The translations under genes were made by a program, and so were the position numbers. Positions 1-13,463 of a stretch of DNA of 64,000 nt are shown one piece after another. The number at the start of each line of letters is the position of its first letter. Within the stretch, counting starts at the first letter, position 1. The notes under the pieces were generated by a model. It was not told where the DNA came from, did not search any database, and worked only from the letters and a program-made list of their open reading frames with translations. The stretch is from the human T2T-CHM13v2.0 reference genome, Homo sapiens, in the NCBI RefSeq assembly GCF_009914755.1, contig NC_060942.1; one strand, written 5' to 3'.

Positions 1-570
1 AGCCAGCCCTGAGATGGCAGAGATGCTAGAATTCTCTGACAAAGACTGGGAAACAGTCATTACCAACATACTGGGAGCAAATGGCAAAATAGAACAGCCC
101 AGCAGACAAGATACAGAGCAGAACCAAATGGAAATCTTAGAGATGAGAAATAACCCAGACAAAAAAAAATGCCGTGACTGGGCTCAGCAGCAAAATAGAA
201 GGGACAGAGGGAGGACACAGTGAACTGGAAGACAGAAAAACAGAAAGTCCTCAATCTGAACAAGAGAGAAAACTGACTGAAAAAAAATGGATCAGAGCCT
301 CAGGGACAGCAAGATGGTAATTCTACCGTTTGTGCCGTGGGAGCCCCGGCCGCTGTACCGTTTGTGCCGTGGGAGTTCCAGGGGAGAAGAGACAGGGCAG
401 GGCTAGGAACTTACTTGAAGGAATAAAGGTGAAAACCTCCCAGATTTGGCAAAAGACATAAATGTATAGATTCAAGAAGGTAAGCAAACCCTGAACAGGA
501 CAGTCAAATTCACACCAAGATAATCATAATCAAACTGATGAAAACCAGAGACAAACCCATTGAAAGCAGC
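1..570 (+). mobile_element. Old LINE-1 (L1M) fragment, ORF1-region derived
   Basis: A-rich decayed sequence; translation QNQMEILEMRN and motifs such as gattcaagaag...aaaccc...cacaccaaga...catcataatcaaact resemble L1 ORF1. Boundaries approximate. Confidence 0.6.
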
Positions 571-991
571 CAGTGAGGAGACGGGGTACGTTGGGGATGA
601 CTGGAAACCCTGCAGGCAGAGGGACTCAAGTGCCGGAGAAAGGCCTCATGGGCGCGGCACACTGCAGCCAGTGACGGCCGCTTCCGGAAAGGAAAGGGGG
701 TGTTGGCAAGACTCGTGTCCAGCAGTGCTTAAAGATTCTCCAAGCTCAGCCATGAAGGGGCAGTCCAGTTAGGAAAAGGACAGAAGGCGCAGAGACGGCC
801 ACCCTGTGTGTGAGGGGACGCACAGACCACAAGCAAGCCGGTGAAATGATGCGCGCATCGTCAGCCACAGAGACCAGGTTAGACCACAGGATGCTCCGCC
901 TCACGCCTGCCAGAATTGTGAGGAAGAGTCACAGAAACTGGATAGCTCTTACATTGCTGTAGGAGTGTAAATCCTACCATCTGGAAGATGT

Positions 992-1103
992 CCTAGCACT
1001 CATGCTCCTGAGCGTTTATACCCTCTCACTCGGCACTCGTTTCCAAACCTAGCACTCACGCTCCTGGGCGTTTATACCATCTCACTCGGCACTCCTGTCC
1101 AAA
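992..1103. repeat. Two-copy 56-bp tandem duplication
   Basis: cctagcactcaYgctcctgRgcgtttatacc...tccaaa starts at 992 and again at 1048. Confidence 0.85.
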
Positions 1104-1485
1104 ATAAATGGAAACTTCACCAAAAAACCTGTGCAGTGAATATTTACAGCAGTTTTATTTGTGATCAAAAACTAGGACCAACCCAGATGTAACTTCAGTG
1201 GTTAAGCACACTGTGGTTCATTTGCCTGCCACAAAATAGTAGTCAGCAATAGAAAGAAATAAGCTACTGACACAGCAGCAACCTAGATGAATCTCCAGAG
1301 AATTGCGCTGTGTAAAAGACGCCAGTCCCCGAAGTTAACCTGCTGTACAGTTCCATTTGCATAGCATTCCATTTGCATAGCATTCTTGAAATGACCAGAT
1401 TAGAGATGGGGAACGGATTCATGGTGGCCAGGGATTAGGGAGGAGGCAGCAGAGGGAAGTGGTTGCAGCTGCAGAGCAGCCGCAG

Positions 1486-4400
1486 GAGGGACCCTGTGTG
1501 AGGGGTGCTCTGGGTCTGGAGGTGTCTGTGTGAGGGACCCTGTGTGAGGGGTGCTCTGGGTCTGGAGGTGTCCGTGTGAGGGACCCTGTGTGAGGGGTGC
1601 TCTGGGTCTGGAGGTGTCTGTGTGAGGGACCCTGTGTGAGGGGTGCTCTGGGTCTGGAGGTGTCTGTGTGAGGGGTGCCCTGGGTCTGGAGGTGTCCGTG
1701 TGAGGGACCCTGTGTGAGGGGTGCTCTGGGTCTGGAGGTGTCTGTGTGAGGGGTGTCCTGGGTCTGGAGGTGTCCGTGTGAGGGACCCTGTGTGAGGGAT
1801 GCTCTGGGTCTGGAGGTGTCTGTGTGAGGGACCCTGTGTGAGGGGTGCTCTGGGTCTGGAGGTGTCTGTGTGAGGGGTGCCCTGGGTCTGGAGGTGTCCG
1901 TGTGAGGGACCCTGTGTGAGGGGTGCTCTGGGTCTGGAGGTGTCTGTGTGAGGGGTGTCCTGGGTCTGGAGGTGTCCGTGTGAGGGACCCTGTGTGAGGG
2001 ATGCTCTGGGTCTGGAGGTGTCTGTGTGAGGGGTGCCCTGGGTCTGGAGGTGTCCGTGTGAGGGACCCTGTGTGAGGGGTGCCCTGGGTCTGGAGGTGTC
2101 TGTGTGAGGGACCCTGTGTGAGGGGTGCTCTGGGTCTGGAGGTGTCTGTGTGAGGGGTGTCCTGGGTCTGGAGGTGTCCGTGTGAGGGACCCTGTGTGAG
2201 GGATGCTCTGGGTCTGGAGGTGTCTGTGTGAGGGACCCTGTGTGAGGGGTGCCCTGGGTCTGGAGGTGTCTGTGTGAGGGGTGTCCTGGGTCTAGAGGTG
2301 TCCGTGTGAGGGACCCTGTGTGAGGGGTGCCCTGGGTCTGGAGGTGTCTGTGTGAGGGACCCTGTGTGAGGGGTGCCCTGGGTCTGGAGGTGTCTGTGTG
2401 AGGGGTGTCCTGGGTCTGGAGGTGTCTGTGTGAGGGACCCTGTGTGAGGGATGCTCTGGGTCTGGAGGTGTCTGTGTGAGGGGTGCCCTGGGTCTGGAGG
2501 TGTCCGTGTGAGGGACCCTGTGTGAGGGGTGCCCTGGGTCTGGAGGTGTCTGTGTGAGGGGTGCCCTGGGTCTGGAGGTGTCTGTGTGAGGGACCCTGTG
2601 TGAGGGGTGCTCTGGGTCTGGAGGTGTCCGTGTGAGGGACCCTGTGTGAGGGATGCTCTGGGTCTGGAGGTGTCTGTGTGAGGGGTGTCCTGGGTCTGGA
2701 GGTGTCCGTGTGAGGGACCCTGTGTGAGGGATGCTCTGGGTCTGGAGGTGTCCGTGTGAGGGACCCTGTGTGAGGGATGCTCTGGGTCTGGAGGTGTCTG
2801 TGTGAGGGGTGCCCTGGGTCTGGAGGTGTCTGTGTGAGGGACCCTGTGTGAGGGGTGCTCTGGGTCTGGAGGTGTCTGTGTGAGGGGTGTCCTGGGTCTG
2901 GAGGTGTCCGTGTGAGGGACCCTGTGTGAGGGATGCTCTGGGTCTGGAGGTGTCTGTGTGAGGGACCCTGTGTGAGGGGTGCTCTGGGTCTGGAGGTGTC
3001 TGTGTGAGGGGTGCCCTGGGTCTGGAGGTGTCCGTGTGAGGGACCCTGTGTGAGGGGTGCTCTGGGTCTGGAGGTGTCTGTGTGAGGGGTGTCCTGGGTC
3101 TGGAGGTGTCCGTGTGAGGGACCCTGTGTGAGGGATGCTCTGGGTCTGGAGGTGTCCGTGTGAGGGACCCTGTGTGAGGGATGCTCTGGGTCTGGAGGTG
3201 TCTGTGTGAGGGGTGCCCTGGGTCTGGAGGTGTCCGTGTGAGGAACCCTGTGTGAGGGGTGCCCTGGGTCTGGAGGTGTCTGTGTGAGGGGTGCCCTGGG
3301 TCTGGAGGTGTCTGTGTGAGGGACCCTGTGTGAGGGGTGCCCTGGGTCTGGAGGTGTCTGTGTGAGGGGTGTCCTGGGTCTGGAGGTGTCCGTGTGAGGG
3401 ACCCTGTGTGAGGGGTGCCCTGGGTCTGGAGGTGTCTGTGTGAGGGGTGTCCTGGGTCTGGAGGTGTCCGTGTGAGGGACCCTGTGTGAGGGATGCTCTG
3501 GGTCTGGAGGTGTCTGTGTGAGGGGTGCCCTGGGTCTGGAGGTGTCCGTGTGAGGGACCCTGTGTGAGGGGTGCTCTGGGTCTGGAGGTGTCTGTGTGAG
3601 GGGTGCCCTGGGTCTGGAGGTGTCCGTGTGAGGGACCCTGTGTGAGGGGTGCCCTGGGTCTGGAGGTGTCTGTGTGAGGGACCCTGTGTGAGGGGTGTCC
3701 TGGGTCTGGAGGTGTCTGTGTGAGGGACCCTGTGTGAGGGATGCTCTGGGTCTGGAGGTGTCTGTGTGAGGGGTGTCCTGGGTCTGGAGGTGTCCGTGTG
3801 AGGGACCCTGTGTGAGGGGTGCTCTGGGTCTGGAGGTGTCTGTGTGAGGGGTGCCCTGGGTCTGGAGGTGTCCGTGTGAGGGACCCTGTGTGAGGGGTGC
3901 TCTGGGTCTGGAGGTGTCTGTGTGAGGGGTGTCCTGGGTCTGGAGGTGTCCGTGTGAGGGACCCTGTGTGAGGGATGCTCTGGGTCTGGAGGTGTCTGTG
4001 TGAGGGGTGCCCTGGGTCTGGAGGTGTCTGTGTGAGGGGTGCCCTGGGTCTGGAGGTGTCTGTGTGAGGGACCCTGTGTGAGGGGTGCTCTGGGTCTGGA
4101 GGTGTCTGTGTGAGGGGTGTCCTGGGTCTGGAGGTGTCCGTGTGAGGGACGCTGTGTGAGGGATGCCCTGGGTCTGGAGGTGTCTGTGTGAGGGGTGCCC
4201 TGGGTCTGGAGGTGTCCGTGTGAGGGACCCTGTGTGAGGGGTGCCCTGGGTCTGGAGGTGTCTGTGTGAGGGGTGCCCTGGGTCTGGAGGTGTCTGTGTG
4301 AGGGACCCTGTGTGAGGGGTGCTCTGGGTCTGGAGGTGTCTGTGTGAGGGGTGTCCTGGGTCTGGAGGTGTCCGTGTGAGGGACCCTGTGTGAGGGATGC

Positions 4401-4827
4401 TCTGGGTCTGGAGGTGTCTGTGTGAGGGACCCTGTGTGAGGGATGCTCTGGGTCTGGAGGTGTCTGTGTGAGGGGTGCCCTGGGTCTGGAGGTGTCCGTG
4501 TGAGGGACCCTGTGTGAGGGGTGCTCTGGGTCTGGAGGTGTCTGTGTGAGGGGTGCCCTGGGTCTGGAGGTGTCCGTGTGAGGGACCCTGTGTGAGGGAT
4601 GCTCTGGGTCTGGAGGTGTCTGTGTGAGGGGTGTCCTGGGTCTGGAGGTGTCCGTGTGAGGGACCCTGTGTGAGGGGTGCTCTGGGTCTGGAGGTGTCTG
4701 TGTGAGGGGTGCCCTGGGTCTGGAGGTGTCTGTGTGAGGGACTCTGTGTGAGGGGTGCTGTGGGTCTGGAGGTGTCTGTGTGAGGGACCCTGTGTGAGGG
4801 GTGCTCTGGGTCTGGAGGTGTCCGTGT
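1486..4827. repeat. ~3.3-kb GC-rich minisatellite built from 14-bp and 32-bp modules (46-bp, 32-bp and 78-bp periods)
   Basis: Modules gagggaccctgtgt and gaggggtgctctgggtctggaggtgtcYgtgt repeated almost perfectly throughout. Confidence 0.98.
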
Positions 4828-5204
4828 GGATGCTGGTGGTGAGGTTCACACTACAGTTATCTAAGATGTTACCATTGGGAGAACTGGGTAAAGATCACAT
4901 AAGATCTCGGTGCTATTCCTGACAACTGCATGTGAGTCTACAATGATCTCAACATAGAAAGGTAAACATTTTTAAAAATCATTCTTCTACCCGTAAGCAT
5001 TTGTGACTTATAGAACATGCTACTGTGCTCTGAGATAAATACTCAGTCTCCGCAATCATCTTACTTGGTTGCCAACTTACTTTGTTGGTTTTTGTGGAGT
5101 ATTTTTTGGTGTTTTTGAAGCTGTGACCTCTAATCCAGAGGTCTGTTTCTAGCTGTGTGGTAGAAGTTTCTCACGCCCATTGCACTCCGCTCTTGGTCTT
5201 GCAG

Positions 5205-5313
5205 GTATGCCACCATATACACCATGTTCCCAGTGTTCTCCTTAGTGCTGGACCAGGACGTGAAGCCAGAGATGGCGATGCTCTACCCGGAGCTGTACAA
5301 GGACCTCACCAAG
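5205..5313 (+). CDS. ATP9B: ATP9B coding exon (G)[36 protein letters not shown]
   Basis: ttgcag acceptor, gtacgg donor; 109 nt; P4-ATPase TM6 and the conserved YPELY motif; in frame with the next exon. Confidence 0.96.
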
Positions 5314-6249
5314 GTACGGGCCTCAGGCAAGCTGTCTGCCTCACGACTAGCACCCACATCTAGCATTTTACACGAGTGAGAAACAGGCCAGTCAGGAGGC
5401 ATTTCCAGGCATTTTGTGAAAAACGATTCTCTGTCCTTGAAGATGTTTTTTATGTCTCCTAATTGTTGTTGGCATTTTCTCTTTGAGTTAAACTTCAAAA
5501 GGGGAAAAACATCTCAGGGAAAAAAATTTCTCAAATGTTTGCAATAAAGCTCTAATATCATACATACAATTAGAATTGTAAAAGATATTCTAACCATTTG
5601 TGGAACTTTTGTGAAGTGAGCTCACCAAATGTCAGAGAAGATCTCACTGTGTAATTTCTGTAGAAAGGCTCCCCCGGACAGCGTCACTGCACCTGCTGCA
5701 GAAATAGCATTCCAAAGCTGGGGAACCCATGGGCTGCATGTTTCCTGTGTATTTCCAAGTTTGTCAGTAGTTGTGGATTTCAGAATTATCCCTGAAAAGT
5801 GATAACATGTGTCTGTCCCTAGGGTCCATAGACTATTTTTGCAGTGATGTCACCAAGAAAAAAATCCACCCCAGAAAACTTCAGTCACCTGAAACTCTGA
5901 GAAAGATGGATTTATTTGGCTTAAAACTGTGCTCTGTTAGGATTAAAGGAGGCTTTGAATTTATCATATTCTTTACGACAGCATATTTTATAGCATAGAA
6001 CGTGTAAGGATACGGGGTAGAAGAGAGGCTCAGCTCTGCAGACACAAATCATGGTAACTCTGGTATTTTCCACAAAGCTAGCTGTTTTGAATCAACATTG
6101 AAAACAAAATCCACTAACCGCAATTAAATTTAGATTTACAATCGATAAATGACAGGTGTCTGAAATTATCAACTCAGATTTTTAAAGCAGTAGCTGTATG
6201 GTAAAGAAAGAATTAGATTAGGCATTAAAAAAGAAAGCTAATGACTACC

Positions 6250-6455
6250 TAGCAAACAGATTCTAGTCCAGCTAACCACTAATTAACCAACTAGATTCTT
6301 ACCTAGCTAACCACAAACTGAGAAACTAGACTCCTGTCTGTCTAACTAGTAACTAACAAACGATACTCTATCTAATACAGCTAACCACTAACAAGCTAGA
6401 CTCTTATCCAGCTAACCACTGACAAACTAGACTCTAGTCCAGCTATAACCACTCA
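6250..6455. repeat. Degenerate ~30-38-bp tandem repeat, about 6-7 copies
   Basis: Recurrent ctagaYtct...cagctaaccact motifs. Confidence 0.65.
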
Positions 6456-9205
6456 TTAGCCAGAGAGGTGCTGGGTAAGTCATGTTAACTTTTTGATTTC
6501 TTGATGTTATTGAAATGAAATAAAGACTTTAAAGTTTCTTGAAAAAAATAAAGAATTCTCATTAGTGTTATAATCAAGACAAATAAAGCTAGTTCACCAG
6601 TATCACATGAAATATAAATACCAAGCGTTATTATCATGGTGGCATCATCGTGACTACTGGGAAACATCGTCCCAGGTCACACCTACTATAACTAGAAGCA
6701 AGACCGCTTAAGTATCTTAAACTGATGAAACCATTGTGATAAAGTACAGCAGAGTAAGGAGCAAAGATCCAAAAACTTCGGGAAGCTAGTGTGAATAATG
6801 ATCATTTTAGTAGCATATGCATTTCCTCATTCCCAGAGACTCTAAAAATGTTTACCTAAATGCTGCCTTACAAACATACGGGAACAAGCTTTTCATGTAC
6901 GAAGGTAAACCTCGATGCGCTACCCTCAACCCTAGGAAACCGGCACGCAAGCAGGGCAGAGGTCACCAGGGGTCTTGTAGCCCCAGCCGGTGCTCCCGGA
7001 TCGCTGTGCTGGGAGAAACTTGTCATAGGACTGTCATGCCACAGCCATCTTGACCGGCTATTGGAGTGGGGCAGTAACACGTTTTTACTGTTTTCAAGGA
7101 TTTAGATTGTACGCACCAGTCTCTTTCTTTGTGGATATCTAAATGGCTCTAGTAACAAGAGGTTCATAGGGCCACAGGTGTCTGACGGAGCAGCTAATTA
7201 TCCGTAACTGTGGCCATGGAATCCGTAAGTTCTGTGTTACTGGTGCCGTTGAACCCTGTTCACTTCTGATTGTGTTGGATCTCATTAAGGGTATTAAATT
7301 TCCGTTTTCGTTAAGGTGAGCAACAATTTAGAATGTTTTAGTATCCTAAAGTCAGGTCACCATCCCTACATTTTTTTTTTTTTTGGTCAAGAATGCAGTC
7401 ACTCATTTTCTCTAAGCTTCTTTTCTTCAACATCTTATCTGCATTGTAACTTTTTTTTAAATCTACTACACTTCAAATTCTTTGAAAAGAAAATAGCACT
7501 AAAGTACTGAGCCACTAAAGTTAATTTAGTTATTTTTTCTTATTGAAGCTAAATAACTATTTTGAAGCTTTCTGTTCCTTCTGAACAGTTCGCCAAGGTA
7601 GCGCAGACTGCAGCACTCTGCGTTGTTGTCTGATGATCGGGGCAGCTGGAGACTGGATGTGCCAATGCAGTTTATCCACACCGGTCAGTGTCAGTGGACA
7701 CCAAGTCCCCAGTCCGTCGGCTCAAGCTCCTGCGATGTAGGACAACATAGCCCTGCTCTCAACGAGTCTGTATTCTAGTCAGGATGAGAAAGCAGTGAAT
7801 CAGTGGCATAGAGCAACAGCATAAAGGGCCGCGGCCTGCAGTGTGAGTAACAACAGCATAAAGGGCCGCGGACTGAAATGTGAGTGGCTGACCGGCGAGT
7901 GCCGGTCCAGTCAGTTCTGAGTCACATATCTCAGGTCACCGTAAATTTATAAAATACCTTCAGAGGCGAGCCAGGGAGGCAAGGCATGCATTCCCTGCAC
8001 ACAGGAGAAGACTCAATTGGAAAGAAAATCTCCTCTTTTTTATGTGTATTTGATAACCAGTCTTTATAATCTAAAAGTACAAATAAGGCACGCATTATAA
8101 ATCTCACTTATTGTCCTAATGAGTTAGCCAACCTCAAGTATAAACATTTGTCCCCTGCTGTGTCTCGATGGCCTGAGCCACACATCGACACAGTATCTGT
8201 TAAGTAAGTATTTGATAAACAAATGAGGCAGTGAATGAATCAGTTAAACCAAGAGTCAGGATTTCCTTCGCTTTCCTAAAACTATGTAGCTTTTATTCTT
8301 TACAGAAAATGGTATATTTGCAACACTATTTTGTTATTCTTTTGAAGCTCAAATTCTGCTTTGAATTATTAAACTTTACTCACGATGAGTTCAGGCACTT
8401 AATTTTCTGGATGCCAGTAAGACGGGAAACTGACCTACTCATCTCTCTCCTAACTCTGCACATGTCTTCATTCATTCTGAATGGTGTGTAACCGCTTAGG
8501 GAAGCTAGTTACTCCAAGATCCAGGCATCAGGACTAGTAAGGTGACCCTGGTTAAGTGAGCCAGCTCACGTGGTCCCAAAATATCTCAGACTGTGGCTGT
8601 GAATTTTGTTACCAATTCATAATCTTACATTACCAGCTAACTCCAGAGACATTTGATTTGTAGTTGTGCTAATTGTAAAGATATCAAGTAGGTAATATAC
8701 AGTTCTTCATGAAATCTCTGGTGCCATTAGGTATTGAACCATTCGGACCCCTTCACTAATTTTTATTTTCTGTAGAATACTCTCAAATGGTTTTATCTTT
8801 TGAAATGTATATTTGTATACTTATATTCTTTTCAAAATAATAGTGAATAAGACAATAAAAGGAAATTTAAAACATTGAGATTAGGAAGGAGGAAATAAAA
8901 ATATCTCTGTTTGTGGATGCTATAATTTTCTATGTAGAAAATTCCAAGGAATCCACACACATACAACCTCCTATACTTGTAAACTTCATAAAGTTTCAGG
9001 ATACAAGGAATAATTTTTCAAAATCATTTTTGATTCTGTACACTAGCAATGAATAATTGGGGTTTGAAAAAATTTGTAAACATTTATAATAATACATTTA
9101 AGCATTTATAATACAAGAAAGTGAGACACTGAAGTGTACCTCTAACAAAATACACCCAAGATCTGTGTGCTGGAAACCAACAACATTGAGGAAAGAAACT
9201 GTAAA

Positions 9206-9770
9206 AGGCGTAAACAGATGTTCCTGGATTGAGAGACGTAAACAGATGTTCATGGATTGAGACACGTAAACAGATGTTCCTGGAATGGGAGGCATAAACA
9301 GATGTTCCTGGATCAAGAGGCATAAACAGATGTTCCTGGATTGAGAGACGTAAACAGATGTTCATGGATTGAGAGGCATAAACAGATGTTCATGGATTGA
9401 GAGGCGTAAACTGATGTTCCTGGATTGAGAGGCGTAAACCCATATTCCTGGATTGAGAGGCGTAAGCAGATGTTCATGGTTTGAGAGACGTAAACTGATG
9501 TTCCTGGATTGAGAGACATAAACAGATGTTCCTGGATTCGGAGGCATAAACAGATGTTCATGGATTGAGAGGCATAAACCCATATTCCTGGATTGAGAGG
9601 CGTAAGCAGATGTTCATGGTTTGAGAGACGTAAACAGATATTCCTGGATTGGGAGGCGTAAACAGATGATCCTGGAATGAGAGGCGTAAACAGATGTTCC
9701 TGGGTTGGGAGGCGTAAACAGATGTTCCTGGATTGAGCCTCAATTAGATGTTCATGGATTGAGAGCCTCA
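9206..9770. repeat. 28-bp minisatellite, ~20 copies
   Basis: Unit gagagRcgtaaacagatgttcMtggatt. Confidence 0.95.
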
Positions 9771-9863
9771 GTGTTGCTTCACATTGACAAGCTCACTCTA
9801 GAATTTATATGGCAAGGCAAGGGAACTTGAATTGCCAAAATAATTTAGAAAATAACAGAGTTG

Positions 9864-10214
<351 letters not shown>

Positions 10215-10616
10215 TTACTGTAAAACAGTAATCAGTTAGACAATGTGTTATTGTCAAAAGGATAGACAAAAAGATCGGTGGAACAGAAAAGAGAGCCCAG
10301 AAATACATCACATGTGTCAGATGATCTTTGGCAAACATGAGAGGAAATCAGAAGGAGAAGAGTTGTGTCTGCAGCTGTTGGGACAATTCGCCGCCCATGA
10401 GCAACAGACCCACAACCTCCACCTCACACTTCATGTGAAAATCCACCCAAAGTGGACCCTTGACCTATATGTAAAGCTATAAACCTTTCAGAAGAAAATA
10501 CACACAAAATATGCATGACCTTGGGTTAAGCAAAGAGTTTTTAATCATGAGATCAAAATCATGATCCTTAAAGGAAAAAAATAATAAATTAGACTTTACC
10601 ATAATTTAAAAGTTTT

Positions 10617-11012
<396 letters not shown>

Positions 11013-11502
11013 CTATAGTATATAAGAAACCCCCAAAATTCAACAAGAGAACAACCCAGTTTTTAAAGTAGACAGAAGATATTAACAGACACCACCCCAG
11101 AGATAATCCACAGATGGCAAGGAAGCCTGTGAAGATGCTCAGTGCCATTTTCATCAGGGAACTGCAAGTTGAAGCCACCGTGAGATGCCGTGTACCCACC
11201 CGTGCTAGAACAGCCGAAATACCAGCAACGTGAAAGGCTGGGGAGGGTCCAGAGCAGCAGAGACTCCCCTTCACTGCTAGGGTGAAGGGAGAATGATACA
11301 GCCTCTTCGGAAGACAGTTTGGGCATTTCTTACAAAGGTAAACATGTATTTACCCCATGACCCAGTAGTCCTGTTCCTAGGTATTTCTCCAAGAGAAATG
11401 AAAACTTAGATTCATACTAAATCCTGTATATGAATGTTCACAGCAGCACTGTCATAACTGCCAGAAGCTGGAAACAACCTTGTGCCCTTCAGCCAGTGGG
11501 CA

Positions 11503-11860
11503 GAAGGATGTCTCCGTGGACAGGGACAGCCCATGCGTGGATGGAAGGACATCTCCGTGGACGGGGACAGCTCCCGCGTGATGGAAGGACATCTCTGTGG
11601 ACGGGGACAGCCCATGCGTGATGGAAGGACATCTCCGTGGACAGGGACAGTCCATGCGTGGATGGAGGACAACTCCGTGGACGGGGACAGCCCGTGTGTG
11701 ATGGAAGGACATCTCCGTGGACGGGGACAGCTTGTGCGTGGATGGAAGGACATCTCCGTGGACGGGGACAGCCTGTGTGTGATGGAAGGACATCTCCGTG
11801 GACAGGGACAGCCTGTGTGTGATGGAAGGACATCCTAGTGGACATGGCCAGCCTGTGTGT
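11503..11860. repeat. ~40-bp minisatellite, ~9 copies
   Basis: Unit gatggaaggacatctccgtggacRgggacagccYRtgYgt, spacings 39-41 bp. Confidence 0.95.
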
Positions 11861-12863
11861 CATGCCACCAGGCAGTGGGATTGTGCTTAGCAGTGAGGGG
11901 TTACTGCTGACTCACATGACATGATGGATCATACATTGTGCATTTTGCTGTGCAGCAGAAGCCAGACTTGAAAGCTGATATTGATTCTTTTTACCGGACA
12001 CCTGGGAGGTGCAGAACTGTAGGGAAGAGACCCGTCCGTGGTCGCTAAAGGTTTGAGTGTAGAGGGTGACCGGAGAGGCATCCCGAGGGGGTGTGGGTGT
12101 GGAAGCTGCTCTGTCTGGCGCGGTGGTGGCGGACACCTGACCGTGCCTCTCTCAGAGTCCGCTGGACGGCACCAGCATGGAGCTAAGGGAGGAGGAATGC
12201 AGACAGCGGCCCATGAACCGCAGAACCACACTGTGGGCTGGGAAGAAAGGAGCTCTTTTCAGTGGCCTTGGGAAAGGCGTTTGACTGTGGTTCACTGTAA
12301 GGCTGAAGACAAAAAGAACTGCAAACCGTGGGCTGCGTTTGGCATTTGCTTCTTACAGGAATCAATAAGCCCATGCATGGTAGCTAATGAGAAGCAGATT
12401 TCTCCCTGTTAGCGATGAAGTTAGAAATGAAGGGCTGGATTGAAGCCCAGATCAGTTTGGGCTTGTGGTTTCTGTGAGATAAATAAATAGATGAAGAAAT
12501 AAACACGGACATGTGTGAGCATGACTTAGTAAACACACACAGTCCTAGGCCATACACCGAGTGGCTAGAATCAGGAACCAGGCGGTAGTGAGCAAGCTCA
12601 GTGTTGCAGATTATGCGGACGAGACCCTGTGCCGTCCCCCACCACGCAGAGCCCTAGAGAAGGGGTTAATTCCAGGGCTGAGGCAAGGGAAATACAAGAT
12701 GAGCCTGAAACTTCTTGTGGAGCAAAAAAGTAAGGAACTGCTGAACAAGAATCAGTGAGGCTGGTGCGGGAGGCAGGTCTGACGGCGTCAGAGGCTGAGC
12801 CTCCCACGGGCTAGCACTGAACACCCTGCACAGCAACCTAGACAGCAGCATGACTAGATGATA

Positions 12864-13463
12864 ACCAGAGAGCACACAGATACCTTCACCTCCACCGTGT
12901 GTACGCAGAGAAAGTGCCTCCTCAACCAGAGAGCACACATATCTTCACCTCCACCGTGTGTACGCAGAGAAAGCGCCTCCTCAACCAGAGAGCACACATA
13001 TCTTCACCTCCACCGTGTGTACGCAGAGAAAGCGCCTCCTCAACCAGAGAGCACACATATCTTCACCTCCACCGTGTGTACGCAGAGAAAGTGCCTCCTC
13101 AACCAGAGAGCACACATATCTTCACCTCCACCGTGTGTACGCAGAGAAAGTGCCTCCTCAACCAGAGAGCACACATATCTTCACCTCCACCGTGTGTACG
13201 CAGAGAAAGTGCCTCCTCAACCAGAGAGCACACATATCTTCACCTCCACCGTGTGTACGCAGAGAAAGTGCCTCCTCAACCAGAGAGCACACATATCTTC
13301 ACCTCCACCGTGTGTACGCAGAGAAAGTGCCTCCTCAACCAGAGAGCACACATATCTTCACCTGCACTGTGTGTACGCAGAGAAAGTGCCTCCTCAACCA
13401 GAGAGCACACAGATATCTTCACCTCCACCATGTGTACGCAGAGAAAGCGCCTCCTCAACCAGA
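12864..13463. repeat. 59-bp minisatellite, ~10 nearly identical copies
   Basis: Unit aaccagagagcacacatatcttcacctccaccgtgtgtacgcagagaaagYgcctcctc. Confidence 0.97.

Larger units (their letters stand above)
770..4972 (+). mobile_element. Old L1M (L1MC/MD-like) 3' end, split by the large minisatellite
   Basis: L1 3' motifs before the array (tatttacagcagttttatttgtgat, aacctagatgaatctcca) resume after it (aagatgttaccattggga...acaactgcatgtgagtctacaat). Subfamily from recalled consensus. Confidence 0.6.

Noticed and set aside
1400-4849. 1149-aa - strand ORF
   Set aside because: Translation of the minisatellite; the - strand unit lacks stops, the start is not ATG, and it is antisense within an ATP9B intron.
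9206-9770. CRISPR-like 28-bp periodicity
   Set aside because: Head-to-tail units with no unique spacers, no cas genes, and the DNA is human.
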